Source: an uncultured Phycisphaerales bacterium (GTDB lineage Bacteria > Planctomycetota > Phycisphaerae > Tepidisphaerales > Tepidisphaeraceae). Taken from it: DNA of 64,000 nucleotides. A program made the position numbers and the translations under genes. This document shows positions 50,094 through 59,760 of this stretch, piece by piece (position 1 is the first letter of the stretch; each line of letters begins with the position of its first letter). The notes under the pieces were generated by a model. The model made no database searches and had not been told where the DNA came from. It saw only the letters and a list, made by a program, of their open reading frames with translations. The stretch lies in assembly GCA_963758525.1 (NCBI GenBank), contig CAVWVQ010000003.1, positions 1,088,001 to 1,152,000 on the forward strand, in the 5' to 3' direction.

Positions 50094-51293
50094 ATGATTA
50101 TGCAGCCATCCGCATTGCGCAAACTCGCGTCGCAGCTTGCAGCGCGAAATCTCAAACTGCTTGCCGTCGCCGCCCTGGGCGCGGCGGTTGTCGTCTCGGG
50201 CTGTTCCAAGTCTGACGATACCGCCAGCAGCAGTTCCGGCGGCGGTTCTTCCCCCACGACCGCCCCCGCGGGAACCCCGTTGACGGTCGGCTTCATCTAC
50301 GTCGGCACCAAGGACGACTACGGCTACAACCAGTCGCATGCCGACGGCGCCGCCGAAGTGAAGAAGATGCCGAACGTCACCGTGGTTGAGGCGGAAAAGG
50401 TGCCGGAGACCAAAGACGCGCAGCAGGCGATGGAAACAATGATCAACCAGAGCGATGCGAAGCTCATCTTCGCGACATCGTTTGGTTATTTTAATCCTCA
50501 CGTGAAGGAGATCGCGGCGAAATACCCGAAGATCGAGTTCCTCCACGCCGGCGGAATTCTGAAAGACGGTGACCCGCCGAACATCGGCACCTACTTCGCG
50601 TACATCGACGAGCTGGAATATCTCTGCGGCATGGCCGCTGGTGCGGTCACCAAGTCCAACAAGCTCGGATACGTTGCCGCCAAGCCCATCACGCCGGTTC
50701 TGCGCGACATCAACGCGTTTGAGCTGGGAGCCAAGGCCGTCAACCCCAAGGCCACGCTCACGGTCATTTTCACCGGCGATTGGTTCCTGCCCAATGAAGA
50801 AGCCAACGCGGTGACGAATCTCGCCGACCAGGGGATCGACGTCGTCTCCGGTCACGTTGACAGCCCCAAAGTCCTCGTGCAAACCGCCGAGAAACGCGGC
50901 ATCTACTGCTGCGGCTATCACTACAACGAATCCACCCTCGCGCCCAAGGGCTACCTTACCGGCGCAGAATGGGACTGGGGTCCGATGTACGTGAAGTTCG
51001 TCAAGGATTACGAGGATGGCAAGCCGATGCCGCACAACTACATGGGCAGCCTGAAGGACGGGGCCGTCAAGCTCTCGCCGTTCGGCTCGGCGGTTCCGCT
51101 TGAAACCAAGGCGAAGATCGAAGCGGATGAAGCGCTGATGAAACTCGGAACGTTCCAGATGTTCAAGGGCCCGCTGAAGGACAATAAAGGGAACGTCGTG
51201 ATCCCCGATGGCAAGTCGTTCGACGATCAGGACCCCGCGCTGTGGGGAATGAATTACCTGGTCGAAGGCGTCATTGGAAGCACCGGCAGCTGA
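50094..51293 (+). CDS. BMP family ABC transporter substrate-binding lipoprotein
   Basis: Lipobox VSGC; VGFIYVGTKDDYGYNQSH, IFATSFGY, MNYLVEGVIG. Confidence 0.92.
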   Translation: MIMQPSALRKLASQLAARNLKLLAVAALGAAVVVSGCSKSDDTASSSSGGGSSPTTAPAGTPLTVGFIYVGTKDDYGYNQSHADGAAEVKKMPNVTVVEAEKVPETKDAQQAMETMINQSDAKLIFATSFGYFNPHVKEIAAKYPKIEFLHAGGILKDGDPPNIGTYFAYIDELEYLCGMAAGAVTKSNKLGYVAAKPITPVLRDINAFELGAKAVNPKATLTVIFTGDWFLPNEEANAVTNLADQGIDVVSGHVDSPKVLVQTAEKRGIYCCGYHYNESTLAPKGYLTGAEWDWGPMYVKFVKDYEDGKPMPHNYMGSLKDGAVKLSPFGSAVPLETKAKIEADEALMKLGTFQMFKGPLKDNKGNVVIPDGKSFDDQDPALWGMNYLVEGVIGSTGS

Positions 51294-51312
51294 TCATCGG
51301 CACTCGGATTCG

Positions 51313-51346
51313 CTCCGTCTCCCAATCTCGCCGTTGGGAGACGGGG
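51313..51346 (+). other. Strong stem-loop after the SBP gene (mRNA stabiliser or partial terminator)
   Basis: CTCCGTCTCCCAA-N8-TTGGGAGACGGGG. Confidence 0.5.
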
Positions 51347-51428
51347 CGTCCGTCGTTTGTTGTGACCTCCGATGCGATGATCGTCTCGCTCAGGCAACGG
51401 TGCCTCCAACTGGGAACGGGAGAGCTAC

Positions 51429-52604
51429 ATGACGCTGCCCTACGAAGCGCGTGAAGTGCGTCCAACGCTGATTTTCCGGGCCAAGCGGATCATCCCCTCG
51501 TCGTTCATCGACGCGATGATCATCACCGCCGCGGCCCTGGTGATTTCTCTTGCGCTGTTCGGTCTGTTCATCATCATCAGCAAGGGAATCAATCCCTTTG
51601 ACGTGTTTCACGTGATGTTCCGCGGTGCGTTCGGCTCGCAGTACGCATGGCGGAACACGATGATCCACGCCGCCCCGCTGCTGTTGACGGCTCTGTGCGT
51701 GGCGTTGCCCGCCCGATTGGGGCTGGTGATCATCGGCGGGGAAGGTTGCGTGCTGCTGGGCGGGCTGATGGCGGCGTTCGCGGCGCACCTCATGCCGGAG
51801 GCGCCTCCCCTGATCGTGCAGATTTCGATGGTCGTCATGGGAATGGCGGCTGGCGGCGTGTGGATCATGATCGTCGGCGCACTCAAGCAGTATCGCGGCG
51901 TCAACGAGACGATCAGCAGCCTGCTGATGAATTACATCGCATTGGCAATCCTCAACCACTGCGTTGAAGGGCCGATGCACGATCCCAAGACGCTGGATCA
52001 TCCCTCCTCATTTCCCCTGGCGGCCGCCGACATGTTCGGCAATATTCCCGGCACGCAGATTCATGTCGGTCTGCTGTTTGGAATCATCGCCTGCCTGCTG
52101 GCATGGATCCTGATGGACCACACGACCTACGGCTTTGCAACACGCGTGGTCGGCGGCAACGTGCGCGCCGCGAAAGTCGCCGGTCTTTCCGTGGCGAAAT
52201 ATACGCTCATCGCCTGCTTTATGGCCGGGGCGGCGGCGGCGCTCACCGGCGTGATTGAAGTGGCCGCTATTCAGGGTCATGCCAACGACAGTCTTGCCGC
52301 CGGCTACGGTTATGCCGGCATCCTCGTCGCATTTGTCGCCCGGCAGAATCCATTGGCCATCATTCCCGTGGCGATGCTGCTGGGAGGCGTCAGCGCCAGC
52401 GGCGATCTGCTGCAGATGAAGCTGGGGCTCAGCAGCGCCAGCGTTCAGGTCTTTCAGGGTATACTCTTTCTGGTCATCCTCGGGCTGGACACCTGGGCCG
52501 GGCGCCTCAGCGACCTCCACGACATCTGGTTCGCCAGGCTGATTACCCGCCTGATTCACGCCCCCGCCAAGAAAACCCTGGCAACAGGAGCCGCTCATGC
52601 CTGA
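51429..52604 (+). CDS. ABC transporter permease (BMP/nucleoside type) 1
   Basis: APLLLTAL, IGGEG, GVNETISSLLMNY, GYGYAGILVAF. Confidence 0.92.
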   Translation: MTLPYEAREVRPTLIFRAKRIIPSSFIDAMIITAAALVISLALFGLFIIISKGINPFDVFHVMFRGAFGSQYAWRNTMIHAAPLLLTALCVALPARLGLVIIGGEGCVLLGGLMAAFAAHLMPEAPPLIVQISMVVMGMAAGGVWIMIVGALKQYRGVNETISSLLMNYIALAILNHCVEGPMHDPKTLDHPSSFPLAAADMFGNIPGTQIHVGLLFGIIACLLAWILMDHTTYGFATRVVGGNVRAAKVAGLSVAKYTLIACFMAGAAAALTGVIEVAAIQGHANDSLAAGYGYAGILVAFVARQNPLAIIPVAMLLGGVSASGDLLQMKLGLSSASVQVFQGILFLVILGLDTWAGRLSDLHDIWFARLITRLIHAPAKKTLATGAAHA

Positions 52605-53562
52605 TGCAGCTTCCGGCATTGGAATCTGGGGCGTTCCGCTGGCGATCTTCGCCGGCGCGATTCGCAACAGCACGCCGTTCCTCTTCGTCAGCCTTGGGGA
52701 AACCCTTACCGAGCGCTCAGGCCGCATCAACCTCGGCCAGGAAGGGACGCTGGTCATGGGCGCGATGGCGGGGTTCGGCGTCTCCTACCTCACGGCCCAG
52801 CACTTTCCCTCGGTCGGAAATGCGCTGGGGCCCTGGCTCGGAGTGCTGGGCGCCGGGCTGGCCGCCTCCGTGCTCGGCGTGCTGCATGCCTGGCTCTGCT
52901 CGCAGCCGCGCGTCAACGATATCGCAGTCGGCATCGGAATCATGCTCTTCGGCACCGGGCTGGCATTTTATCTTGGCAAGCCGCTGGTCGAACCCGCCGC
53001 GCCTCAGTTGCCGGCGATCAACCTCGGATTCTGGAGCCATTCGGAACAGGTGCGGGCGGCGCTGAAAATCAACTGGCTCTTCTTCGTCGGCGTCGCGCTG
53101 GCTCCGCTCATGAGCTGGTGGCTGAAAAACACCCGCTGGGGTCTGATCGTCCGCACCGCGGGCGAAAGCGTCGACGCCACCCGCGCCATGGGCTATTCCG
53201 TCAACTCGATCCGACTCTTCGCGACCACCGCCGGAGCGTTTCTGGCGGGAATCGGCGGATCGTTCCTCTCCCTCTATTACCCGGGAAGCTGGAACGAGGG
53301 CCTCAACAGCGGGCAGGGCTTGATGGCCGTCGCGCTGGTCATCTTCGCGCGGTGGAACCCGATCACCTGTCTGTTTGCCGCCCTGCTTTTCGGGGGCGCC
53401 AAAGCGCTGGGACCCGCGCTGCAATCCATCGGCGTCAGCAAAGGACACTATCTCTTCGATGCCGCTCCGTATTTCCTGACGCTGCTGATCATGATCGCCA
53501 CGTGTTCGGGCAGCAAGAATCTGGCAGGAGCACCTGAAGAACTGGGCCGATCGATGGGATAA
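52597..53562 (+). CDS. ABC transporter permease (BMP/nucleoside type) 2
   Basis: TPFLFVSLGETLTERSGRINLGQEG, GQGLMAVALVIFARW. Confidence 0.92.
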   Translation: MPDAASGIGIWGVPLAIFAGAIRNSTPFLFVSLGETLTERSGRINLGQEGTLVMGAMAGFGVSYLTAQHFPSVGNALGPWLGVLGAGLAASVLGVLHAWLCSQPRVNDIAVGIGIMLFGTGLAFYLGKPLVEPAAPQLPAINLGFWSHSEQVRAALKINWLFFVGVALAPLMSWWLKNTRWGLIVRTAGESVDATRAMGYSVNSIRLFATTAGAFLAGIGGSFLSLYYPGSWNEGLNSGQGLMAVALVIFARWNPITCLFAALLFGGAKALGPALQSIGVSKGHYLFDAAPYFLTLLIMIATCSGSKNLAGAPEELGRSMG

Positions 53563-53580
53563 GCGATTCGGAGCCAATTA

Positions 53581-53694
53581 CCCTCTCCCGGTATTCCGGG
53601 AGAGGGCAGGGTGAGGGTGATTTTGAATATCGAGTGCCGTTGGTCCTCGAAATCACCCTCACCCCAACCCTCTCCCGGATTACCGGGAGAGGGG
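53581..53694. repeat. CCCTCTCCC-type REP doublet (REPIN)
   Basis: Two inverted CCCTCTCCCGG-N-CCGGGAGAGGG palindromes with GGGTGAGGGTGATTT/AAATCACCCTCACCC inner arms. Confidence 0.92.
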
Positions 53695-53727
53695 ACAGGA
53701 AGACGGACTTCAACCGCGCATGGCATC

Positions 53728-54417
53728 ATGAGCGAGACATACATCAAATCCGAGCCATACCCCTGGCCGTACAATGGCGACCTTCGGCCGGAGAATACCG
53801 CCCTGATCGTCATCGACATGCAGACGGATTTCTGCGGCAAAGGTGGTTATATCGATCTGCTGGGCTACGACGTCGCGGGAACGCGCGTCTGCATCGAGCC
53901 GATCAGTCGGGTCCTGGCGCACATGCGCAAGGGCGGATTTCACATTTTCCATACGCGCGAAGGACACCGCCCCGACCTGGCGGATTTGCCCGCTAATAAA
54001 CGGTGGCGCTCGCGCAAGTTCAGCACCATCGCCGGCATCGGCGACCCTGGTCCGTGCGGCCGGGTGCTGGTGCGCGGCGAGCCGGGCTGGGACATCATCC
54101 CGGAGCTTTACCCCGAGCCTGGCGAGACGATCATCGACAAGCCGGGGAAGGGATCTTTCTGCGCGACGGATCTCGATCTGATCCTGCGGCAGAAGAAGAT
54201 CGCCAATATCGTTCTGACCGGCATTACCACCGATGTATGTGTTCATACCACGATGAGGGAAGCCAACGATCGCGGCTACGAATGCGTGCTGCTTGAAGAC
54301 TGCTGCGCCGCCACCGACCCGGGAAATCACACCGCCGCGGTCAAGATGGTGAAGATGCAGAACGGCGTCTTTGGCGCGGTTTCCAACTCGGTGGATTTCA
54401 TCAAAGGCATCGCATGA
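53728..54417 (+). CDS. biuH: Biuret hydrolase (isochorismatase-like cysteine hydrolase)
   Basis: [67 protein letters not shown] triad and the pattern recalled for Rhizobium BiuH. Confidence 0.85.
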   Translation: MSETYIKSEPYPWPYNGDLRPENTALIVIDMQTDFCGKGGYIDLLGYDVAGTRVCIEPISRVLAHMRKGGFHIFHTREGHRPDLADLPANKRWRSRKFSTIAGIGDPGPCGRVLVRGEPGWDIIPELYPEPGETIIDKPGKGSFCATDLDLILRQKKIANIVLTGITTDVCVHTTMREANDRGYECVLLEDCCAATDPGNHTAAVKMVKMQNGVFGAVSNSVDFIKGIA

Positions 54418-56030
54418 CACCCGACGCAAACGCCCCCGCCACATATCAAGGCCACGAGGTCATCATCACCGAAGGCCTCCCTTCTCCCAACGCCGGCCGC
54501 GCCGCGGGATTGTCGGCCATCGACGTGACCAAGCGGTTTGGAACAGTGCTCGCGCTCGACAACGTCTCGATGACCGTGCGCCCGGGGACCATGCACGCGC
54601 TGCTCGGCGGCAACGGCGCGGGCAAGAGCACGCTCGTCAAATGCATCATGGGCTATTACCTGCCGGACACCGGGCAGATCAATCTCGACAACAAGCCCGT
54701 CACCATTCGCAACCCGCGCGAAGCACTGAAGCTGGGGATCGGCATGGTCTACCAGCACTTCACGCTGGTGCCGCAGATGACCGTCGCGGAAAACCTCGTG
54801 CTCTCGCGCGGCGAAGTGCCTGCCATCATCAACTGGAAGAAGGAATACGAAGATCTTCGCACCTTCATGCGGACCACGCCGTTCTTCATCCCCATCGGCG
54901 CGAAGGTATCGTCGCTGGCCGCCGGACAGAAACAGAAACTGGAAATCTGCAAGCAGTTGTATCTCAAGAACAAAGTGTTGTTTCTCGACGAGCCGACCAG
55001 CGTTCTCACGCCCGCCGAGGCCGACGAGCTGCTCTCCATGCTGAAGCAGCGGACGGTGGCGGGCGACCTGACGGTGGTGATGATCACCCACAAATTCCGC
55101 GAGGTGATGAAATTCGCCGACGACGTGACGGTCCTCCGCACCGGCAGATTTGCCGGCAAGGGGCTGGTCAAGGAGCTGACGCCAACCGACATGTCCGCCA
55201 TGATGATCGGCTCGGAAACCACGCGCACCGCCACGCGCGACACCAAGGCCCGCGGCGAGCCGTTGCTGCACATTGAAGGTCTTGCCGCGCTGGACGACAT
55301 CGGCCTTGCCGCGCTGGAAGATCTGAATCTCACGGTCCACGCCGGCGAGATCGTGGGGATTGCCGGGGTCTCGGGAAACGGGCAGAGCAAGCTGGTCGAG
55401 GTGCTGGCCGGCCAGCGCCGCGCCTCGGGCGGGCAGGTCCGCCTGCACGGGGAAGCCTACGGCGCCACGCGCGCCGAGATCCGCAAACACAAGGTCAACT
55501 GCCTGCCCGAAGAGCCGTTGAAAAATACCTGCGTCGGCGGGATGAGCGTCGCGCAGAACATGGTCTTGCGCAATTTCGACACCCATCCGCACTCGATGCT
55601 CGGGTTCTTCCTGAACAAACCCTCGATCCGGCGTGCCGCGCAGCATTTGATTCAAATGTACCGCGTCAAAACACCGTCTCCGGAAGAACCGATTCGCAAT
55701 CTATCCGGCGGCAACGTGCAGCGCGCAGTCCTGGCCCGCGAATTGTCGGACGGCGTGGAAGTGCTGATCGCCGCCAATCCCTGCTTCGGGCTCGATTTTG
55801 CCGCCGCGGCGGAAATCCGCGCACAGATCGTCGAAGCCCGCAACCGCGGGGCAGCCGTGCTGCTGGTCAGCGAAGACCTGGACGAAGTCTTCGAGCTGTC
55901 CGACCGGATCGTTGTGATGTTTCACGGAAAATTCGTCTACGAAACCCCCGCCGCCGAGGCGGACATCGCAATTATCGGCCGCCACATGGCCGGACACGGG
56001 CAGCCTGAGGCCGCCGTTGAGCACGCGTAG
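54414..56030 (+). CDS. ABC transporter ATP-binding protein (two ABC domains)
   Basis: [37 protein letters not shown]. Confidence 0.93.
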   Translation: MTPDANAPATYQGHEVIITEGLPSPNAGRAAGLSAIDVTKRFGTVLALDNVSMTVRPGTMHALLGGNGAGKSTLVKCIMGYYLPDTGQINLDNKPVTIRNPREALKLGIGMVYQHFTLVPQMTVAENLVLSRGEVPAIINWKKEYEDLRTFMRTTPFFIPIGAKVSSLAAGQKQKLEICKQLYLKNKVLFLDEPTSVLTPAEADELLSMLKQRTVAGDLTVVMITHKFREVMKFADDVTVLRTGRFAGKGLVKELTPTDMSAMMIGSETTRTATRDTKARGEPLLHIEGLAALDDIGLAALEDLNLTVHAGEIVGIAGVSGNGQSKLVEVLAGQRRASGGQVRLHGEAYGATRAEIRKHKVNCLPEEPLKNTCVGGMSVAQNMVLRNFDTHPHSMLGFFLNKPSIRRAAQHLIQMYRVKTPSPEEPIRNLSGGNVQRAVLARELSDGVEVLIAANPCFGLDFAAAAEIRAQIVEARNRGAAVLLVSEDLDEVFELSDRIVVMFHGKFVYETPAAEADIAIIGRHMAGHGQPEAAVEHA

Positions 56031-56048
56031 CCCGGGCAGGCGGAAACT

Positions 56049-56253
56049 CGAATGACGAAACCAGAAACCAGAATCAAACCAGAATGACGAATGTCCGAAT
56101 GAAATGCAGCGGCTATGCGGCGCCCCTTCGGAATGAATCTTGAAAAAAGTGCGGATCGAGTGTTTTCTTCATTCGATCATTCGTCATTCGGGCTTGATTC
56201 TGGTTTCTGGTTTCGTCATTCGGGATTGATTCGGTTTCGTCATTCGGCATTCC
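56049..56253. repeat. Inverted-repeat element built from CGAATGA/CCAGAAA heptamers
   Basis: Arms 56049-56103 and 56168-56222 are near-perfect reverse complements, with extra units to ~56253. Confidence 0.85.
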
Positions 56254-56324
56254 TCACGTGAAACGATAGGCAAAGCCGGCCGTCTGCCGATACAATGCAG
56301 ATGTTGCGGCGCATTGGAGGTTTC

Positions 56325-56729
56325 GTGGAGGATTCGAGCCGGGCGATCGTTCTGAAGAATCTCTTCGGACCCGATCAAAACTTCGATGCGATGGATTGGA
56401 AGCCCTTTCGCAAGGGGATCGACATCGTGCGGATCTATGGGAAGCCGCATTTGGGCGCTTCTGCCGCTCTGCTGCGTTACGCGCCGGGAGCCAAGCTTCC
56501 GCATCACAGCCATACCGGCTACGAGCACATCATCATCCTCGCGGGATCCCAGGTTGACGAGACCGGCTCGCACCACGAAGGGACCGTCGTGATCAACCCG
56601 CCGGGAAGCGGGCACAGCGTGTCGAACCAAAACGGGTGCGTCGTCCTGGCGATCTGGGAACACCCGGTGGTCTTCTCCGAAATCGTTCCCGAGCCCAAGA
56701 GCGGTCCGGTGATGCGGATCGCCGAGTAA
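56325..56729 (+). CDS. ChrR-like cupin domain protein
   Basis: GGAGG RBS + GTG; WKPFRKGIDI, AALLRYAPGAKLPHHSHTGYEHI, NPPGSGHSV. Confidence 0.8.
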   Translation: MEDSSRAIVLKNLFGPDQNFDAMDWKPFRKGIDIVRIYGKPHLGASAALLRYAPGAKLPHHSHTGYEHIIILAGSQVDETGSHHEGTVVINPPGSGHSVSNQNGCVVLAIWEHPVVFSEIVPEPKSGPVMRIAE

Positions 56730-56769
56730 CGCGGGACATCCGGTGGGTTAGCCCCCCCCGGGTTAGCGA

Positions 56770-56878
56770 GGGTTAGCCGCGACGCGCAGCGGAGCGCGTA
56801 TTCGAACACATGACGGCGCAACTTCACCCAGGACGCAATTCGCGCAATACGCGCTCCGCTGCGCGTCGCGGCTAACCC
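56770..56878. repeat. REP doublet with perfect 33-bp arms
   Basis: GGGTTAGCCGCGACGCGCAGCGGAGCGCGTATT and its exact reverse complement at 56846-56878. Confidence 0.92.
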
Positions 56879-56898
56879 AAGTTACGCGCGTAACAGGG

Positions 56899-57414
56899 CT
56901 AACCTCTGCGGAAAGACAATTCATCCCTGGTCCGCGCATTTGCGCACCACGATTTGAAACTGACCCGCAAGCTGCGCCGCAGAGGCGCGGCAATCGACGT
57001 CGGCTCAAAGCGCCTCACATCGACGGCATACGCGACGCCCAGCGAGTTCAGCAATTCCTCCACCGGGCCGTCGGGGAGCGTGATGAGTTGTTCTCCATCG
57101 AGTTGCACTGCTGCGTGCAGATTTCCCAATCCCAACGCCGCGAGCAACGCAGTTTTGGCATCGGGCGGATGCAACAAGAGCACGTCGCACGGCCTGACCG
57201 CCACAGCCACCTCGCGGGCGCCGTCCGAGATCACATCCCCATCGCGAAGCTGCATCCCAAGCGGCAGCAACAGCCGAACGTCCTGGCCGCCCCGCGTCCG
57301 CAACCTGGCGGCACGGACGAAGCAATCCCGCCAGTGTATGTCGACCCAATCGTCGACGGAACGAGCCGTCTCACCCTGCACGCTCAAATTGCCGACAACG
57401 CGGTCGAAGATCAT
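56899..57414 (-). CDS. ureE: Urease accessory protein UreE-like
   Basis: RLRTRGGQDVRLLLP...LRDGDVI...LGNLH...RRFEP; no His-rich tail. Confidence 0.75.
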   Translation of the reverse strand: MIFDRVVGNLSVQGETARSVDDWVDIHWRDCFVRAARLRTRGGQDVRLLLPLGMQLRDGDVISDGAREVAVAVRPCDVLLLHPPDAKTALLAALGLGNLHAAVQLDGEQLITLPDGPVEELLNSLGVAYAVDVRRFEPTSIAAPLRRSLRVSFKSWCANARTRDELSFRRG

Positions 57415-57434
57415 GTCATCACGCGGTCTGTAGT

Positions 57435-57859
57435 ATCGTCGACCGCCGCGCCAATTTGCACGGGGCTAGTCTTACCCTCTCTCCTGGCACTCGGGAAGAT
57501 CATTTCAACAGACGGTCGCGAGCATCGTCGACAGCCGCGCCAATTTGCACGGGGCCGGTCTTACCCTCTCTCCTGGCACTCGGGAAGATCATTTCAACAG
57601 ACGGTCGCGAGCATCGTCGACAGCCGCGCCAATTTGCACGGGGCCGGTCTTACCCTCTCTCCTGGCACTCGGGAAGATCATTTCAACAGACGGTCGCGAG
57701 CGTCGTCGACAGCCGCGCCAATTTGCACGGGGCTGCTCTTACCCCCTCTCCCGGTACGCCGGGAGAGGGTTGGGGTGAGGGTGATTTCAACCACCAATGG
57801 CGCTCGACGTTCAAAATCACCCTCACCCCCGCCCTCTCCCGGAGTACCGGGCGAGGGGG
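57435..57859. repeat. 89-bp tandem repeat (3 full units + partial) ending in a CCCTCTCCC-type REPIN
   Basis: Units start at 57435, 57524, 57613 and 57702; the REPIN at 57744-57859 is homologous to 53581-53694. Confidence 0.95.
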
Positions 57860-58085
57860 CAAATCGCCCGAGTTTCTGAACGCTATCAGAGCACGAAGGT
57901 CGGAGAGCAGGCGCGGCAGGAGCACACATCACGTTAGGTCACGGTAGGTCACCTCGCAGGCAGCCCGTTTTGCCAGCTCGCCTGCGTAGCATACATTACC
58001 TCGCAAGCTGCACCGCAAATGGATGCCGTGTATCTCGCGCCGCGCAGCGGGCATTCGGATGTGACGTTTGTTGCGACCGCTCCGA

Positions 58086-58146
58086 TTGTGGTGCAGGCTT
58101 CCAGCCTGCTTCCGCGACGCCGCCAAGCTGGAAGCATGAACCGCAA
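58086..58146. repeat. Degenerate REP doublet (GCAGGCTTCCAGCCTGC family)
   Basis: TTGTGGTGCAGGCTTCCAGCCTGC...CAAGCTGGAAGCATGAACCGCAA. Confidence 0.6.
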
Positions 58147-58213
58147 GGGCGCATGCAACCGCCCTTGCACGTGGCGGACCCCTTTCCGTGGAGCAGAATC
58201 ATTGGCCTCCGAA

Positions 58214-58858
58214 ATGCTGATCTGGCAACTGGCTGACTCGGCGTTCCCCAGCGGAGGCTTTGCGCATTCGGGCGGATTGGAATCGTCCTGGCAGCAAGGA
58301 TTGGTGAACGCCGACTCGCTTCCCTGCTGGATGGAAGCACAAATCGTCCAGAGCGCGCGCGGCACGCTGCCGTTTGTGATTGCCGCGCATCGCGAGCCGG
58401 GACAATATCGCGCCATCGACGCGGATTGTGATGCGTTTCTCAACAACCACGTCGCCAACCGGGCCAGTCGATCGCAGGGACAGTCGCTGGGCGATACCGC
58501 CGCCCGAACACTTCCGGTGGCGGATCTGACGCGCTTTCGAAATGAGGCGCGCTCGTCGGCAATGCATTTGCCGGCCGTGTTCGGCGTCATCTGCCGATTG
58601 CTCGACGTTTCCCTCGAACAGACCGCCAGGCTCTATCTCTTCATCGCCTTGCGCGGCTGGGTGTCGGCCGCGGTGCGATTGGGCATCGTTGGGCCGATGG
58701 AAGGACAATCGATTCAGGCGAAACTCCTGTCCACGGCAGAGCATTCGGCCGCCACGTCGCTGATATCGAGTTGCGACGATGCGGCACAGACGTCGCCGAT
58801 CGTCGATATGCTTCTTGCCGGCCACGACCGGCTTTACTCGCGCCTGTTTCAAAGTTAA
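58214..58858 (+). CDS. ureF: Urease accessory protein UreF
   Basis: [20 protein letters not shown]...[11 protein letters not shown]...[11 protein letters not shown]. Confidence 0.92.
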   Translation: MLIWQLADSAFPSGGFAHSGGLESSWQQGLVNADSLPCWMEAQIVQSARGTLPFVIAAHREPGQYRAIDADCDAFLNNHVANRASRSQGQSLGDTAARTLPVADLTRFRNEARSSAMHLPAVFGVICRLLDVSLEQTARLYLFIALRGWVSAAVRLGIVGPMEGQSIQAKLLSTAEHSAATSLISSCDDAAQTSPIVDMLLAGHDRLYSRLFQS

Positions 58859-58876
58859 TTTCGAGAGCGGTTTCCC

Positions 58877-59615
58877 ATGCCCAGCGATAGTGACCCCATT
58901 GGCGCCCCGACGCCGGATCATCGACACGACAATTGGGACACTCCCGGCGCTTTCGCGGCTCGCGCGGGTTCGGCCGGATCGCGACTTCGCCCGTCGGGCG
59001 TTCACGGTCGGTGTCGGCGGGCCGGTCGGCAGCGGGAAGACCGCGCTCATGCTCGCGCTCTGCAGGGCGCTGCGCGATCGCATCTCACTGGCCGTTGTTA
59101 CCAACGATATTTTCACGAAGGAAGACGCCGAGTTTCTCGTGCGTAACGAGGCGCTGGAGAAGGGCCGCATTCGTGCCGTGGAGACCGGCGGGTGTCCGCA
59201 CGCTGCCATCCGCGAGGATATTTCCGCGAATCTGCTGGCCCTGGAGGATCTGGCCGAGCAGTTTTCGCCCGATCTGTTGCTGATTGAATCCGGAGGGGAC
59301 AATCTCGCGGCCCATTTCAGTCGCGAGCTTGCGGATTTCACGATTTACGTCATCGACGTCGCCGGCGGCGACAAGGTTCCCCGCAAGGGCGGGCCGGGGA
59401 TCACCCAATCCGATCTGCTGGTGATCAACAAGATTGATCTGGCTTCGGCGGTTGGCGCGGATTTGAGCATCATGGAGCGGGATGCCCGAATGATGCGCGG
59501 CAACGGGCCGTTCATTTTCGCCCGCGTGAATGCCGGAGTGGGGATCGCACAAATTATCGATTACATCCTTTCCGCCCGCAACAGCATCGCCGCGCCGCCG
59601 GGCATGCGCGAATAG
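58877..59615 (+). CDS. ureG: Urease accessory GTPase UreG (frameshift near 58965)
   Basis: N-terminus MPSDSD...DTPGAFAAR in one frame, then [34 protein letters not shown]. Confidence 0.93.
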
Positions 59616-59745
59616 CCCAAATGTCCAAGGCCCCGCCGGCTGAAGCGCGCCGGATATGGTGCATCTGACACACTTGCGGCGCATCGCCCTGGCGCCGCTC
59701 TTTGGCGTTTCCCTCACTGTTGATTCGGACTGCCCACTTTCCCGA

Positions 59746-59760
59746 TGGCACGGCCTTTGT
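59746..59760 (+). promoter_or_regulatory. Sigma54 -24/-12 promoter upstream of urtA
   Basis: TGGCAC-GGCCT-TTGT; a TGGTGCA half-site lies about 85 bp upstream. Confidence 0.7.

Noticed and set aside
53728..54417. Triuret hydrolase or generic isochorismatase call
   Set aside because: The [20 protein letters not shown] and KMQ motifs fit BiuH better.
57435..57745. CRISPR array
   Set aside because: The whole 89-bp unit repeats with no unique spacers, and no cas genes are in the window.
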